The position numbers were made by a program, and so were the translations under genes. The notes below the pieces were generated by a model. That model worked only from the letters and a program-made list of their open reading frames with translations, made no database searches and was not told the DNA's origin. From IMG/VR virus record IMGVR_UViG_3300038424_000251, positions 1 to 64,000 of that record: a DNA stretch of 64,000 nucleotides, one strand, 5' to 3'. How positions within the stretch are numbered: the stretch's first letter is position 1; every line of letters starts with the position of its first letter. Positions 9,482 to 19,764 of this stretch are shown in pieces.

Positions 9482-10033
9482 TTACAATAAAAATCTATTA
9501 AAGAACGCTTCATTTCTACCAGTCAATTTTTTTCCAGCAGAACTTCTAATATACTCTTTTTTTGCTGTATTCCAATTATTTCTCAATACTGCATCCGTAA
9601 ATTTTGGAAATTTTTCAAGACCGCCTAAACTGAAAGAAAAATCCATCAACATTTCCTCTTGTTTTTTGGATAACATAATATTTACATTATATGTTTTTTT
9701 GATATAATTGCGCATTCTTTGTTTTGCTATTTGTAAATCTTGAATAAGAATTTTTTCAGCAGTTTTTTGGTCTATACCATTTTTGAAATTGATAATTTCG
9801 TCATCTTCCAATTTATGACCATAAGCTATGTTCCATCCGGCTATATCTTTGTAAGGAAACCACAATTTTTTTTGCTTATCAAATCCAGCATATATTGAAT
9901 TTTCAACGGTTTTAATATATTTTATGAAATCGGGAGAAAATTCCTGATGCTGAATATGAATAGCAGGTGGTTGTGTTGCTGGTGACAAAGCTTCAATCAT
10001 AAATTCTTCAATAATTTCCCTTAGTTTAATCAT
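9482..10033 (-). CDS. Leader + phage lysozyme-like muramidase
   Basis: MIKLREIIEE; IKTVE...YKDIAGWNIAYGHKL...AEKILIQDL...LMDFSFSLG..L.KFPKF (GH24-like). Confidence 0.7.
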   Translation of the reverse strand: MIKLREIIEEFMIEALSPATQPPAIHIQHQEFSPDFIKYIKTVENSIYAGFDKQKKLWFPYKDIAGWNIAYGHKLEDDEIINFKNGIDQKTAEKILIQDLQIAKQRMRNYIKKTYNVNIMLSKKQEEMLMDFSFSLGGLEKFPKFTDAVLRNNWNTAKKEYIRSSAGKKLTGRNEAFFNRFLL

Positions 10034-10083
10034 ATCTATAAATAGGTGTGACTTTAGATGAAATATTCATATTTATAAGAGAT

Positions 10084-11295
10084 ATGAACGATGTACTACA
10101 ACCTTTAACGAATCCAACAACATTAGTTGACCAAGACCGAGTAAGATGGCCGGGAAGTGGCTCATCGGTTGTTGGAAGAACTCCATTTGGTTTTTACGAC
10201 AGTGATACTTCATTTCAAGTTGATGCACCATCAGCTGCTGTATGGGCAGCTTACCGTCTTGGTTATCCCATCGTTGATATTGAAATGCTTGATGTAAATT
10301 TTTATGCGGCTTTTGAAGAAGCTGTTAACGAATATTCTGCTCAGGTAAATCAATGGAATATACGCAACTATATGCAGGTATTTCAAGGACAAAAAGTTAC
10401 TGATTTGGGTAATCTTACAGGAAGAGCAGTTACAGGAACACCGTTACCTTACATAATTGAGCTTTCTAAAGAATATGGAAGAGAAGTTGGTGTTGGTGGT
10501 TATGCTGATTGGAAGAAGGGGTTTATTGTTACAAAACCTATGAAGCAGGTTTATGATTTACAAGAATTGTGGGGAGATAAAGTTGAAGATTGTAATAGAA
10601 TTGAAGTTATGAGAGTTTTTCATGATTTTCCACCGGCTTTTGCTCGTATTTATGACCCATTCTCTATGACGGGAATGAGTTATTCTAATGTATTAAATGA
10701 ATTGGGGTTTGGTGCATACTCTCCAGCAGTTCAGTTCTTGATGACTCCAATTTTTGAAGATTTACTTCGTGGTCAGGCTATTCAGTTTAATGATATGGTT
10801 CGTAAATCTGCTTTTTCTTTCGAGTTAACAAATAATAAACTGAGATTGTTTCCTATTCCAACATATGGATTTAAAGTATATTTTCATTATATGGTTCGCA
10901 ATGATAGATTAAAGGGAGAATTTGCTAACGCTCCAAATTATACAGGTAGTTATGTTGCAGATTATGCTAACATTCCTTATAATAATATAACATATAATAC
11001 AATTAATTCTGTTGGGAGACAGTGGGTTCGTAAGTATTTTCTGGCTCTTTGCAAGGAGCTACTTGGATGTATTCGTCAAAAATATCAAACACTTCCTATT
11101 CCGGGTGGTGATGTTACTTTGGATGGTGCAGAGTTGCGTAATGAAGCTCAACAAGAGAAAACAGACTTGATAACACAACTAAGAGAGTCTCTTGATGCAG
11201 CAAGTCAAAAATCACAAACTGAAAATCAAGCTTTGCAAGCTGAACAAATGCAAGAAACTCTAAAACGAGTTCCATTATTCATTTACATTGGATAA
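10084..11295 (+). CDS. Neck protein (T4 gp13-like)
   Basis: RLGYPIVDIE, EEAVNEYS, WVRKYFLALCKELLG..R.KY..PGGDVTLDG; true ATG placed after TATTTATA. Confidence 0.7.
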   Translation: MNDVLQPLTNPTTLVDQDRVRWPGSGSSVVGRTPFGFYDSDTSFQVDAPSAAVWAAYRLGYPIVDIEMLDVNFYAAFEEAVNEYSAQVNQWNIRNYMQVFQGQKVTDLGNLTGRAVTGTPLPYIIELSKEYGREVGVGGYADWKKGFIVTKPMKQVYDLQELWGDKVEDCNRIEVMRVFHDFPPAFARIYDPFSMTGMSYSNVLNELGFGAYSPAVQFLMTPIFEDLLRGQAIQFNDMVRKSAFSFELTNNKLRLFPIPTYGFKVYFHYMVRNDRLKGEFANAPNYTGSYVADYANIPYNNITYNTINSVGRQWVRKYFLALCKELLGCIRQKYQTLPIPGGDVTLDGAELRNEAQQEKTDLITQLRESLDAASQKSQTENQALQAEQMQETLKRVPLFIYIG

Positions 11296-11296
11296 T

Positions 11297-11734
11297 ATGA
11301 AAAAAGAACAATTAAAAATATTGGTAAGAGAAGTCTTGAAGGAAATGGTTTATAGTAGAAGAAGCAGCTCTTCGGACACTTACGAAGGATATGACATTGA
11401 ATTTGAATCGTTGATTATACCCGGCATTTCTACAGAAAATGATACAGTATCGGTATTGGTGAGTATTGAATATGATTTTGACCCCGGATATGAGCCAAAA
11501 GGTATGTTCGGTCCTCCAGAATGTTCAGACCCCGGAGAAGGAGCTTCTATAAATGTAACGGATTATTGGCCTACAAGCTTGAGAGTATCCAATGAAGCTG
11601 GCAAAGAAACCGAATATGAACCAGATAAATTAACTGTTGACCAGCAAGAAATTCTTAAAAAGGCTATAGAAGACCACATGTATCAAAATGAAAATAAAAT
11701 TGATGATATGATTTTAAATACTTTAGGATTTTAG
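11297..11734 (+). CDS. Acidic hypothetical protein with LKILVREVLKE leader
   Basis: Leader motif followed by an acidic domain. Confidence 0.55.
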   Translation: MKKEQLKILVREVLKEMVYSRRSSSSDTYEGYDIEFESLIIPGISTENDTVSVLVSIEYDFDPGYEPKGMFGPPECSDPGEGASINVTDYWPTSLRVSNEAGKETEYEPDKLTVDQQEILKKAIEDHMYQNENKIDDMILNTLGF

Positions 11735-11762
11735 TTATAAATCTGATTAATGAGTAAATAAT

Positions 11763-11984
11763 ATGAAAACAAGACTATTTGAGAATGTAAACGGCAATCA
11801 ATTCAAGCTGTCGGAAGACGGACACGGTGAAACTGATATGTCTAATCCAGCAGAAAAAAGAGAAGTTCAAATTGGTAAAGAAATATTTAAACTAACCAAA
11901 TTTCTTCAATATGAAAGTGATGCTCATATTGTACGAGAAATACAAAAATTAGCATTAGAACTTATGCAAATGCATGAAGGATAA
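11763..11984 (+). CDS. Small hypothetical protein
   Basis: ORF in operon; MKTRLFE start. Confidence 0.5.
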   Translation: MKTRLFENVNGNQFKLSEDGHGETDMSNPAEKREVQIGKEIFKLTKFLQYESDAHIVREIQKLALELMQMHEG

Positions 11985-11986
11985 TT

Positions 11987-12460
11987 ATGGGATTATTAGG
12001 AAGATTTTTTTCAGCTAGAGACTTGAAATTTATCAATTCGGTCAACGCACAGTTGCTCGGGGATATAATTCAAACTGAAGTCTTTATTTATAAAGTATGT
12101 GCCGACCAAACTACAACCAATATATACGGTGAATCGGACCCCCAATCTGGTAAAATGTTTTATCCGGGTGTTGAATGTACTTGTTTTATTGACCGTGCAG
12201 ATATTGATACAACCTATGACCAATTTGGTCCAGATAGAAATCAAGATGTCGTATTTAAATTTAGAGAAGATAATCTTAAGATTGTCAATTTATATCCAGA
12301 AATTGGTGATATAATTGAATTTAATAACCGTTATCATGAAATTGATAATGTAGTTCAGGAACAGTTTCTTGGTGGTGTACCAGATAAAAGTTTTAGTATA
12401 ATTGTCAATACTCATTATTCTCGCCTCAGTAAGTTGTCATTGGTTAAAAGACAGGTATAA
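11987..12460 (+). CDS. Head completion/neck protein (T4 gp14-like)
   Basis: TNIYGES, FKFREDNL, YPEIGDIIEFNNRYHEI; located next to the neck gene. Confidence 0.6.
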   Translation: MGLLGRFFSARDLKFINSVNAQLLGDIIQTEVFIYKVCADQTTTNIYGESDPQSGKMFYPGVECTCFIDRADIDTTYDQFGPDRNQDVVFKFREDNLKIVNLYPEIGDIIEFNNRYHEIDNVVQEQFLGGVPDKSFSIIVNTHYSRLSKLSLVKRQV

Positions 12461-12465
12461 ACAAA

Positions 12466-12804
12466 ATGATTAAGTTAAAACAATTAGTAAAAGAGATAAT
12501 AGACCGACTTGTATGGAAAATTCCAGAAAATGCGCCTGTGCCAGTAGTAGATGTATTACATAAACTTGTAAAAGTATCCTTTTCCAGACATAAATCTCAC
12601 ATTGAAAAGTATATTAGGTTAGACAACCCAAAAGGTGGTTCTGAATGGATTATTACTAATCCAAACAATCCAAAAGTCACTTTAGCTTATGATACAGATA
12701 CTAATAAGTGGTGGGCTATGGCTGACCATCCTTCTTTTGGACCAAGTATAGGAATAATAAAAGATATTCAACATTTATTTCAAATAATAGATAACTGGGT
12801 GTAA
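12466..12804 (+). CDS. Hypothetical protein with MIKLKQLVKE leader
   Basis: Shared leader motif. Confidence 0.6.
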   Translation: MIKLKQLVKEIIDRLVWKIPENAPVPVVDVLHKLVKVSFSRHKSHIEKYIRLDNPKGGSEWIITNPNNPKVTLAYDTDTNKWWAMADHPSFGPSIGIIKDIQHLFQIIDNWV

Positions 12805-12806
12805 TA

Positions 12807-13199
12807 ATGATTAAATTGAAACAACTACTTTATGAAGCAATTGATGAAAATGATCTTATTGTGGTTTCAACCCCAACTAATGTTTCTATATCATATCGTA
12901 TTAGTCTTATGAAAGGTGCTACAGCTAGTATAGATAGAATAGATAATAATGAATGGTGGGTATCAAGAGTATTGGTTAGTGATGAATCTTCAAGAAGACA
13001 AGGAATTGGTTCAATTCTATTGACAAGAGCTGTTCAGGAAGTGTTAAAGCATGAACCTAATGCTAAAATAATTGTTGCACCGGGTGGATATGAAAGTAAA
13101 ACAAGACAACAAACTAGATTTTATAAGAAAAATGGGTTTATTCCAGTAAAAGGGCAACTCGGAGTTTTAATGTATAACAATCCAAATATAAGTAAATAA
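12807..13199 (+). CDS. Leader + GNAT acetyltransferase
   Basis: MIKLKQLLYE; VSRVLV...RRQGIGSILL...RFYKKNGF. Confidence 0.75.
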   Translation: MIKLKQLLYEAIDENDLIVVSTPTNVSISYRISLMKGATASIDRIDNNEWWVSRVLVSDESSRRQGIGSILLTRAVQEVLKHEPNAKIIVAPGGYESKTRQQTRFYKKNGFIPVKGQLGVLMYNNPNISK

Positions 13200-13200
13200 T

Positions 13201-14364
13201 ATGGCATGGCAAGGTGATAAATCAAATCCTGTTCCGAATATTGGAAATGTAAAATCTGATATAAGCCAGAAAATTGCCCAAGACTCAGATGTATTGAGTG
13301 AAAAACTTCACGATGTTAATCGCGCTAAACAAGTTCGTCGTGACACCGATAAACAGAAAGATAATACAGTTAAACTGATTGATATTGACAATGCTATAAT
13401 GAGACAACTTGATAAATTCCAACTTACCGTTGCAGGTACAGGAAGACAAATTAAAGTTCCTGTTTATTATGCAACTCCAGAAAAATGGAAATCAATACAA
13501 TATGATGGTATAATTCGTGATTATAATGGAAAAATAATCTTGCCTGCTTTAGTATTTCAAAGAGTTACCTCTGCGAAAGATGATGCAATGATGATGTTTA
13601 ATCGTTATTTAAATTATCCGGTAATGAGAATATATTCTGAAAAAAATCGTTATACTCGATTTGCAGCCCTTGCTGGTCAAAATGTCCCTGTTCACGAAGT
13701 TTATGATATTATAATGCCTGACCATATGGTGTTTACTTATCATTTTATTATTTGGACGGAATATGTTGAACAAATGAATACCATTGTGGAGCGACTTAAT
13801 TTTGAAACCGAAGATTATTGGGGAGATTTAAGAGGATTGAGATTCAGAACAAGAATAGATTCTTTTTCTCATGCATTGGAACTTCAAGTTGACCAAGATA
13901 GAATGATAAAGACAGAATTTGATTTATTGGTAAATGGATATTTATTGCCTGATATTATTGATAGATTTCAAGGTGAAAGAGATACAACACAAAAATGGTT
14001 TACTCCAAAGAAAGTAATCATAACAGCAGAAGTTGTTGATACAGGATTTAAAATACATTCTATGAATAAAAATAAAGAAAAATGGAGAAATCAAAATTAT
14101 CCAAACTTGCCTGCAGATGTTGTTATAAATAAACCACCTATGGAGTGGAGTGGCGATATATCTATTGAGTTATTAAGCCATCTTAAGGCAGTTGTAAATG
14201 TTTCGGGTGGAACAACACCATCGGAAGCGAATGAAATTTATTGGCAAACACCACCTCCTTTCCAAAATAGTCCGGGAGTAGAAGGAAACATTGCTCGTGA
14301 CAAGAATTATCTTTATGTTTACACAAATGGAATTTGGAAGAGAATGCCCTTAGATTTATTTTAA
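13201..14364 (+). CDS. Tail terminator / sheath stabiliser (T4 gp15-like)
   Basis: IKVPVYYATPEKW, ILPALVFQR, WTEYVEQMNTIVE, LLVNGYLLP; position in the neck-tail block. Confidence 0.55.
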   Translation: MAWQGDKSNPVPNIGNVKSDISQKIAQDSDVLSEKLHDVNRAKQVRRDTDKQKDNTVKLIDIDNAIMRQLDKFQLTVAGTGRQIKVPVYYATPEKWKSIQYDGIIRDYNGKIILPALVFQRVTSAKDDAMMMFNRYLNYPVMRIYSEKNRYTRFAALAGQNVPVHEVYDIIMPDHMVFTYHFIIWTEYVEQMNTIVERLNFETEDYWGDLRGLRFRTRIDSFSHALELQVDQDRMIKTEFDLLVNGYLLPDIIDRFQGERDTTQKWFTPKKVIITAEVVDTGFKIHSMNKNKEKWRNQNYPNLPADVVINKPPMEWSGDISIELLSHLKAVVNVSGGTTPSEANEIYWQTPPPFQNSPGVEGNIARDKNYLYVYTNGIWKRMPLDLF

Positions 14365-14385
14365 TAATATTTAGAAAATCACAAT

Positions 14386-16989
14386 ATGCCTACAATTTAT
14401 CATCCTAATGATGTTTTAATTACACAGATGAATTCAGATAGTTCATCTTTTCAGGAGGAAGTTTTAACATCTTCGCCAAATTCGGTGGTATTATTTGATT
14501 CTACATCACATTTAATAGCTATTCCGACTCAGAGTTTTATCCCGTCTCAAGTTATTAGTTCATCATACTCCTTATCATCTTCGTATGCTGTTAGTGCTTC
14601 ATGGGCACCGGGTGGTGGTATATCTGTAAGTGCATCATGGGCATCTTCATCAATTAGTTCAAGTTATGCTATAAGTTCAAGTTGGGCACCCCTTCCTATT
14701 TCTGCTTCGTGGGCTTCATCATCAGTAAGTGCGTCTTGGGCAAATTTTTCTATTTCTGCTAGTTATTCTACAAGTGCATCTTGGGCACCTGACAATCCAA
14801 ATGCAGTATCCGCTAGTTGGGCAAGTTCGTCAATTTCAGCTAGTTATTCTATCAGCTCATCATGGGCACCTATGCCTACTGTAAGTAATTCATCTTCATG
14901 GGCAAGTTCAAGTATATCTTCGAGCTATGCACTAAGTTCATCTTATTCATTGAGTGGAAGTTATTCTTTAAGCTCAAGTTGGGCAAATACTGCAAGTTAT
15001 TCCATTACGAATTTTGTAACACAAAGTACCAATATTGTTTCTTCTTCATTTGCATCACAATCGTTAAGCTCCTCAACTACTACTTTTACACCAAATTTAC
15101 CTGTTGTGACCGTTTCTCCAAAAGGCATCAAAAATCATCTTTCAACCATTATAAATGACGGTAAAGATTTTGGACCGGATACAATAGGAACCTTAACTTG
15201 CGGATTACAGGAAGCTTTTAATTATTTTCCACAAAACAATTCAAGAACAGGTTCTTATGGCGGAACTGTTCAACTTGCACCGGGAGTTTATTATTGTTCA
15301 AGTTCTATTCAGGTTGTTTCTCAAGAAATCATGGAAATGAAAGTTATTGGTAATGGTTTAACTAATACTGCTATTGTTTTTTCATGTTCGCTTAATTCAC
15401 CTAGTCAAAGTTATTTAAGTTTTTATTCCAATAACTCTAGACAGGGAGATTATTGTTCTCTTATAACAAATGATGTGTCTTTGTTTTTACAAGATTTTAC
15501 TGTAGCAGCTTATTATGATACCACAAATTACTTAATAATGTGGGCTGCAGGATCAAGAGGTTATCTAAAAAATATTGGTTTTACATATTGGCCATCAGCA
15601 TTGAATAATAATGGATGGGGTCTTGTCACTGGTACAACAGGCCCCTCTGCTTCACCAACCGGTTTAAGTGGTTTGAATTTAGCTCCACAATACACAGATT
15701 TAGTTGTGTTAGAAAATTGCATGTTCTGGTATCTTTGTAATGGAATAAGTATTTGGCAAGACCACGTTTCAATGATGAATTGCAATTTTAATTTTATTGG
15801 AATGAGTGGTAACAGTTGGCCAACTTCACCTTGCCGACCAACTAACACCAATTGGCCTGAAATTTCTGCTGCTTCATCTTTGGGAGCATGTATTTTACAT
15901 CTTGGCGGTTTAGGTAATTTGTCAATATGGAATCCAATTTTTTACAAATGTAATCTCTGTATTGCATCATTGATTGGTTTTGGTGGTGGTCATTGTGTTA
16001 TTAAAGATGGAAGAATAGAATCTTGTAATGCTTGGTTTACGAATATGTCCCCAAATACTTTAACCGGCGGTTCAACTGTAAATGCAACTGAATGGTATGA
16101 ACCTTTTTCTCCTAGTAATATAGGTTTTATTGGTGTAAATTATGATTATGGTTCTGATACTTTATCAACAACAGGATTTACATCAAAACCTGATTATTTG
16201 CATTTTGTTGGCCATATGGGAAGTGATACTTTTCAAGTTGGTAAATTTTCATCAGATATTGGAAGGATAGTTACCGATGGAAGTGGTAGTTTATTAATAT
16301 CAAATGGTAACTTATTTATGACGGGTAGTTTGTCAATAGACAGTAATTACTTAACAATAAACGGTCCTATAAATTCTGCTAATATAACTGATTTAGGTAT
16401 AACAAGAATAACTGGCAGTGGTGATTTTAATGATATTAATGGTAATTCATTTGCTTTTTATGCATATGGTTATAAAACCATGTATGGTAAAACATACTAT
16501 TCACCACAATCAAATGTAGCAGGATATAATGAAGCAGGACCTAGTGATCAATACTATTTGCAAATGTCTTGGTCAGCAATTCCAAATGTTGATGGTTATA
16601 AAATCCAAATTTGGGAAGATGATTATAATCAGTATTTTAATGGAAATTGGTATTTGATTTCTTCTGTTCCTTCTTTAGAATATGGTAAAGGATTAGAACA
16701 TTCAGCTAGTTATCAAGACCCGTTAGTGGTAGGTCCTAATATTACCGTTACTAATCTTTATTTTGAATCTTCAAGTGGAGATATGGTATTAAATAGTAAT
16801 ATCACTTCATCTAATTTTTATGGAACAGCAAGTCAGGCTATTACTACAAATAAAATACTTTATTCCAGTTCACTTGTTTCCTTGATGCCGTTGGCACAAA
16901 CAGGTAGCGCTTATTTTCAGATTTCATCTTCAACAATGTTATTATTTGGTTATGATGGAACTAAATGGCGAAGTTGTTCACTTGCTTAA
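14386..16989 (+). CDS. Large virion fibre/spike protein with Ser-rich SASWA repeats
   Basis: Repeated SASWASSSISxSY; LQEAFN...GGTVQLAPGVY resembles the start of a pectate-lyase-like beta-helix. Confidence 0.55.
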   Translation: MPTIYHPNDVLITQMNSDSSSFQEEVLTSSPNSVVLFDSTSHLIAIPTQSFIPSQVISSSYSLSSSYAVSASWAPGGGISVSASWASSSISSSYAISSSWAPLPISASWASSSVSASWANFSISASYSTSASWAPDNPNAVSASWASSSISASYSISSSWAPMPTVSNSSSWASSSISSSYALSSSYSLSGSYSLSSSWANTASYSITNFVTQSTNIVSSSFASQSLSSSTTTFTPNLPVVTVSPKGIKNHLSTIINDGKDFGPDTIGTLTCGLQEAFNYFPQNNSRTGSYGGTVQLAPGVYYCSSSIQVVSQEIMEMKVIGNGLTNTAIVFSCSLNSPSQSYLSFYSNNSRQGDYCSLITNDVSLFLQDFTVAAYYDTTNYLIMWAAGSRGYLKNIGFTYWPSALNNNGWGLVTGTTGPSASPTGLSGLNLAPQYTDLVVLENCMFWYLCNGISIWQDHVSMMNCNFNFIGMSGNSWPTSPCRPTNTNWPEISAASSLGACILHLGGLGNLSIWNPIFYKCNLCIASLIGFGGGHCVIKDGRIESCNAWFTNMSPNTLTGGSTVNATEWYEPFSPSNIGFIGVNYDYGSDTLSTTGFTSKPDYLHFVGHMGSDTFQVGKFSSDIGRIVTDGSGSLLISNGNLFMTGSLSIDSNYLTINGPINSANITDLGITRITGSGDFNDINGNSFAFYAYGYKTMYGKTYYSPQSNVAGYNEAGPSDQYYLQMSWSAIPNVDGYKIQIWEDDYNQYFNGNWYLISSVPSLEYGKGLEHSASYQDPLVVGPNITVTNLYFESSSGDMVLNSNITSSNFYGTASQAITTNKILYSSSLVSLMPLAQTGSAYFQISSSTMLLFGYDGTKWRSCSLA

Positions 16990-17052
16990 TAAATTAAATC
17001 CGTCAGTCTCCGTAATCTAATTTAAATTTTCACATATTTATAAGGTAAACCG

Positions 17053-19287
17053 ATGCCTATAAGTAATACAAATCCACAACCAAATGATGTTGTTATTTTA
17101 CAACGTAATGCTGCTAACACGTATTATGGTGAAACACATATTTCTGGTTCCAGTTTAATTTTATATATTGACTCAACAGGTTCTCTTAATGCTGACAAGT
17201 CTGCATCGTTTTATTCAATTTTTATACCAACTTTTGCTTATAGCTCAAGCTATGTAAGTGGAAGTCATGGAGTAATAACTAATTTACTTACAAGCACTAT
17301 CAGTGGTAGTGATGTTATAATTTCATCCAGTATCGGAAAGACAGATTTAAACAGCAGTACGGTAAATATTTTTGGTAATGGACAAAATTTAGATTTTATT
17401 GAGACCAGTATTTATGGTAGTCTTACCACTCATTCAATAAATTTCTACACTTTCGGAACAAATATAGATTCTCAATGGCCATATACTAATCAAATGCCGT
17501 GTGGTACAATGAGATTTTTTGATAATGGCAATGCTACGGGTTTATATATGTTTAATGTGGGCCCCGGAGGTAATACTCTTTTTTCAACACAACAAGTAGG
17601 AGTTATGTCTGTTGGTTGTGTAAATGGAATAATCCCATGGCAACCCGGATTTAAACCAAATAAAGGGGTTGTAATTGGTATAGATTACACAACGGGTAGT
17701 TTTACCATACCTAACAATGGTTTAATAGTTCAAGGTAAAGTTGGTATAGGATTAATAAATACAACAAATTCTCTTGATGTTTCAGGTAATATTTCCTGTT
17801 CTGTCATAACCGCTTCATTATTTGGAACATCAAGTTATACAGTAAGTGCATCCTATTCATCTTACGCTAATTCCTCTTTAAGTGCTTCGTGGGCATCTTC
17901 ATCTCTTGTTTTGACCGCATCAGTTGCTTTGCAAGCAATTAGTTCAAGTTATGCTTTAAGTGCTTCTTGGGCTTCAAATGGAGGTGGTTCGTCTGTGAGT
18001 GCATCATGGGCATCTTCATCAATTAGTTCAAGTTATGCTATAACTGCTTCTTATTCTCTTTCATCTTCTATTGTAAATATTTCATTTATTAGTTCATCAT
18101 TATCTTCATCTTGGGCTAGTCAATCGTTGAGTGCATCTTGGGCGCCTGCTTTACCACCTGTATTCAATTATCAAACCGGGTCATACACATTACAAAATAA
18201 TGATATGAGTTATGAAATTGTAGTTAATTCACCAGTTTTTTCCATATTAACAATACCATCAGGATTATCTTCTTCATTTTATTGTAGTATTTATCAAAGC
18301 GGGTCAGGAAGAGTATTTTTTACAGGTTCATTGGGAGTAAATATTAGAAGTATAAATAATATATATTCATCCGCCGGGCAAGGTTCTCTTGTTAATATTT
18401 CTACGGGTCAAAGTGGAGAATATATCTTATCAGGAGAATTGGACTATTTTGATGCTCAATTGGTTGGTTGGGAAGATTTTTCAACATTTCCTGTTGGATA
18501 TTATGCAAATACAACATCCAGTGCAACATTATGGGCAAGTCCTCCTACAATTAGTGGGTCATTTTATATTGGTTCTATATTTCCAATTCGTTTTTCACAA
18601 TCTGCAAATTATTTACGGATGACGGCATCCAATTTTTACATGGGTAAAATGTATAATGGAAATAATTACAATGTTGTTAGAGTTGGTATGTTATGTTCTT
18701 TAACACCGAATGGGACAGGTAATATAGCTGGAGCTTTATACTGTGGAGTACAAACGGGTTCAATAAAAGGAGACTCGACAACAGGACAACTTCAAAATTC
18801 TTTCTATACATATATGTCAAATGCTGCACCCGATTTTGCATATGTTAATGCACCTGATGCATATTATACCGACGCACCCGGTGGTGGACACAATTATTCC
18901 ACGGGTAGTTATATAGCTGCAAGTAACAACATTGGTATGGGTTGGGGAACTTCCTTATCAGGTATACCTGCGTTTTTGTCATTTCCTTATCGTAGAGGAT
19001 TTCTTGGGATACAGTTTAATAAATCAGGAAGTTCGGTTTGGGCTTTATATGCTTATCAAGGATGTGGTGATATTGATTATACTTATAGTGATTTAAGAAA
19101 TTGGTTGGAAACAGGCAAAATGGGGAAACAATTTTCACGGTCAACTTCACCGCTTTATTGGACTACTACCATCACAGAATCTTATGGAGCTTTGGACAGC
19201 GCTATGTTCTTTTGGGATAGAACTAATTCAGCACCAGCTTCGCCATTTATTGTATATGCTGTTGGTGCTAGTAATTACATATATTAA
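17053..19287 (+). CDS. Virion fibre protein with SASWA repeats
   Basis: N-terminus resembles 14386 (PNDVxI); GKVGIG...SLDVSGNI fibre motif; SASWASSS repeats. Confidence 0.55.
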   Translation: MPISNTNPQPNDVVILQRNAANTYYGETHISGSSLILYIDSTGSLNADKSASFYSIFIPTFAYSSSYVSGSHGVITNLLTSTISGSDVIISSSIGKTDLNSSTVNIFGNGQNLDFIETSIYGSLTTHSINFYTFGTNIDSQWPYTNQMPCGTMRFFDNGNATGLYMFNVGPGGNTLFSTQQVGVMSVGCVNGIIPWQPGFKPNKGVVIGIDYTTGSFTIPNNGLIVQGKVGIGLINTTNSLDVSGNISCSVITASLFGTSSYTVSASYSSYANSSLSASWASSSLVLTASVALQAISSSYALSASWASNGGGSSVSASWASSSISSSYAITASYSLSSSIVNISFISSSLSSSWASQSLSASWAPALPPVFNYQTGSYTLQNNDMSYEIVVNSPVFSILTIPSGLSSSFYCSIYQSGSGRVFFTGSLGVNIRSINNIYSSAGQGSLVNISTGQSGEYILSGELDYFDAQLVGWEDFSTFPVGYYANTTSSATLWASPPTISGSFYIGSIFPIRFSQSANYLRMTASNFYMGKMYNGNNYNVVRVGMLCSLTPNGTGNIAGALYCGVQTGSIKGDSTTGQLQNSFYTYMSNAAPDFAYVNAPDAYYTDAPGGGHNYSTGSYIAASNNIGMGWGTSLSGIPAFLSFPYRRGFLGIQFNKSGSSVWALYAYQGCGDIDYTYSDLRNWLETGKMGKQFSRSTSPLYWTTTITESYGALDSAMFFWDRTNSAPASPFIVYAVGASNYIY

Positions 19288-19358
19288 AAATAAATACATA
19301 TTGCATATGTCATATATGTATTGTATTGAGAATAAAAATCTTTAACAGTAAAAAAGTT

Positions 19359-19652
19359 ATGAATGAAAAAATAAAAATGAGTGATAATGAACTTGCAGAA
19401 GTAAAAATGTTACAAGAAAAATTTCATCAAAAAGTTTTTCAATTAGGACAATGGTGTTTGCAAAAATGGGATACAGAAAATAGAACTAAATCTATCAGTG
19501 AGCAAGAAATAAAGTTGAAGGATGAATGGAATAGTTTACAAAAAATGGAAAACGAATTGATAGAAAAATTGTTAAATAAATATGGTGAAGGTTCATTAGA
19601 TTTGAGGGCAGGCACATTCACCACTGAAAAAGAACCTACACCAAAACCTTAA
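19359..19652 (+). CDS. Small coiled-coil protein (possible fibre chaperone)
   Basis: Helical sequence ending L..KYGEGSLDL..GTF; follows the fibre genes. Confidence 0.45.
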   Translation: MNEKIKMSDNELAEVKMLQEKFHQKVFQLGQWCLQKWDTENRTKSISEQEIKLKDEWNSLQKMENELIEKLLNKYGEGSLDLRAGTFTTEKEPTPKP

Positions 19653-19764
19653 AAAGACTTGTGTTTTCAAAAACACAAATAATATACGTTTCAAAAAATT
19701 GACAATATTTATATTTAGGTCATTTAAGATGACTATAACCTATAAAAAATAAGAGGAAATAGAT

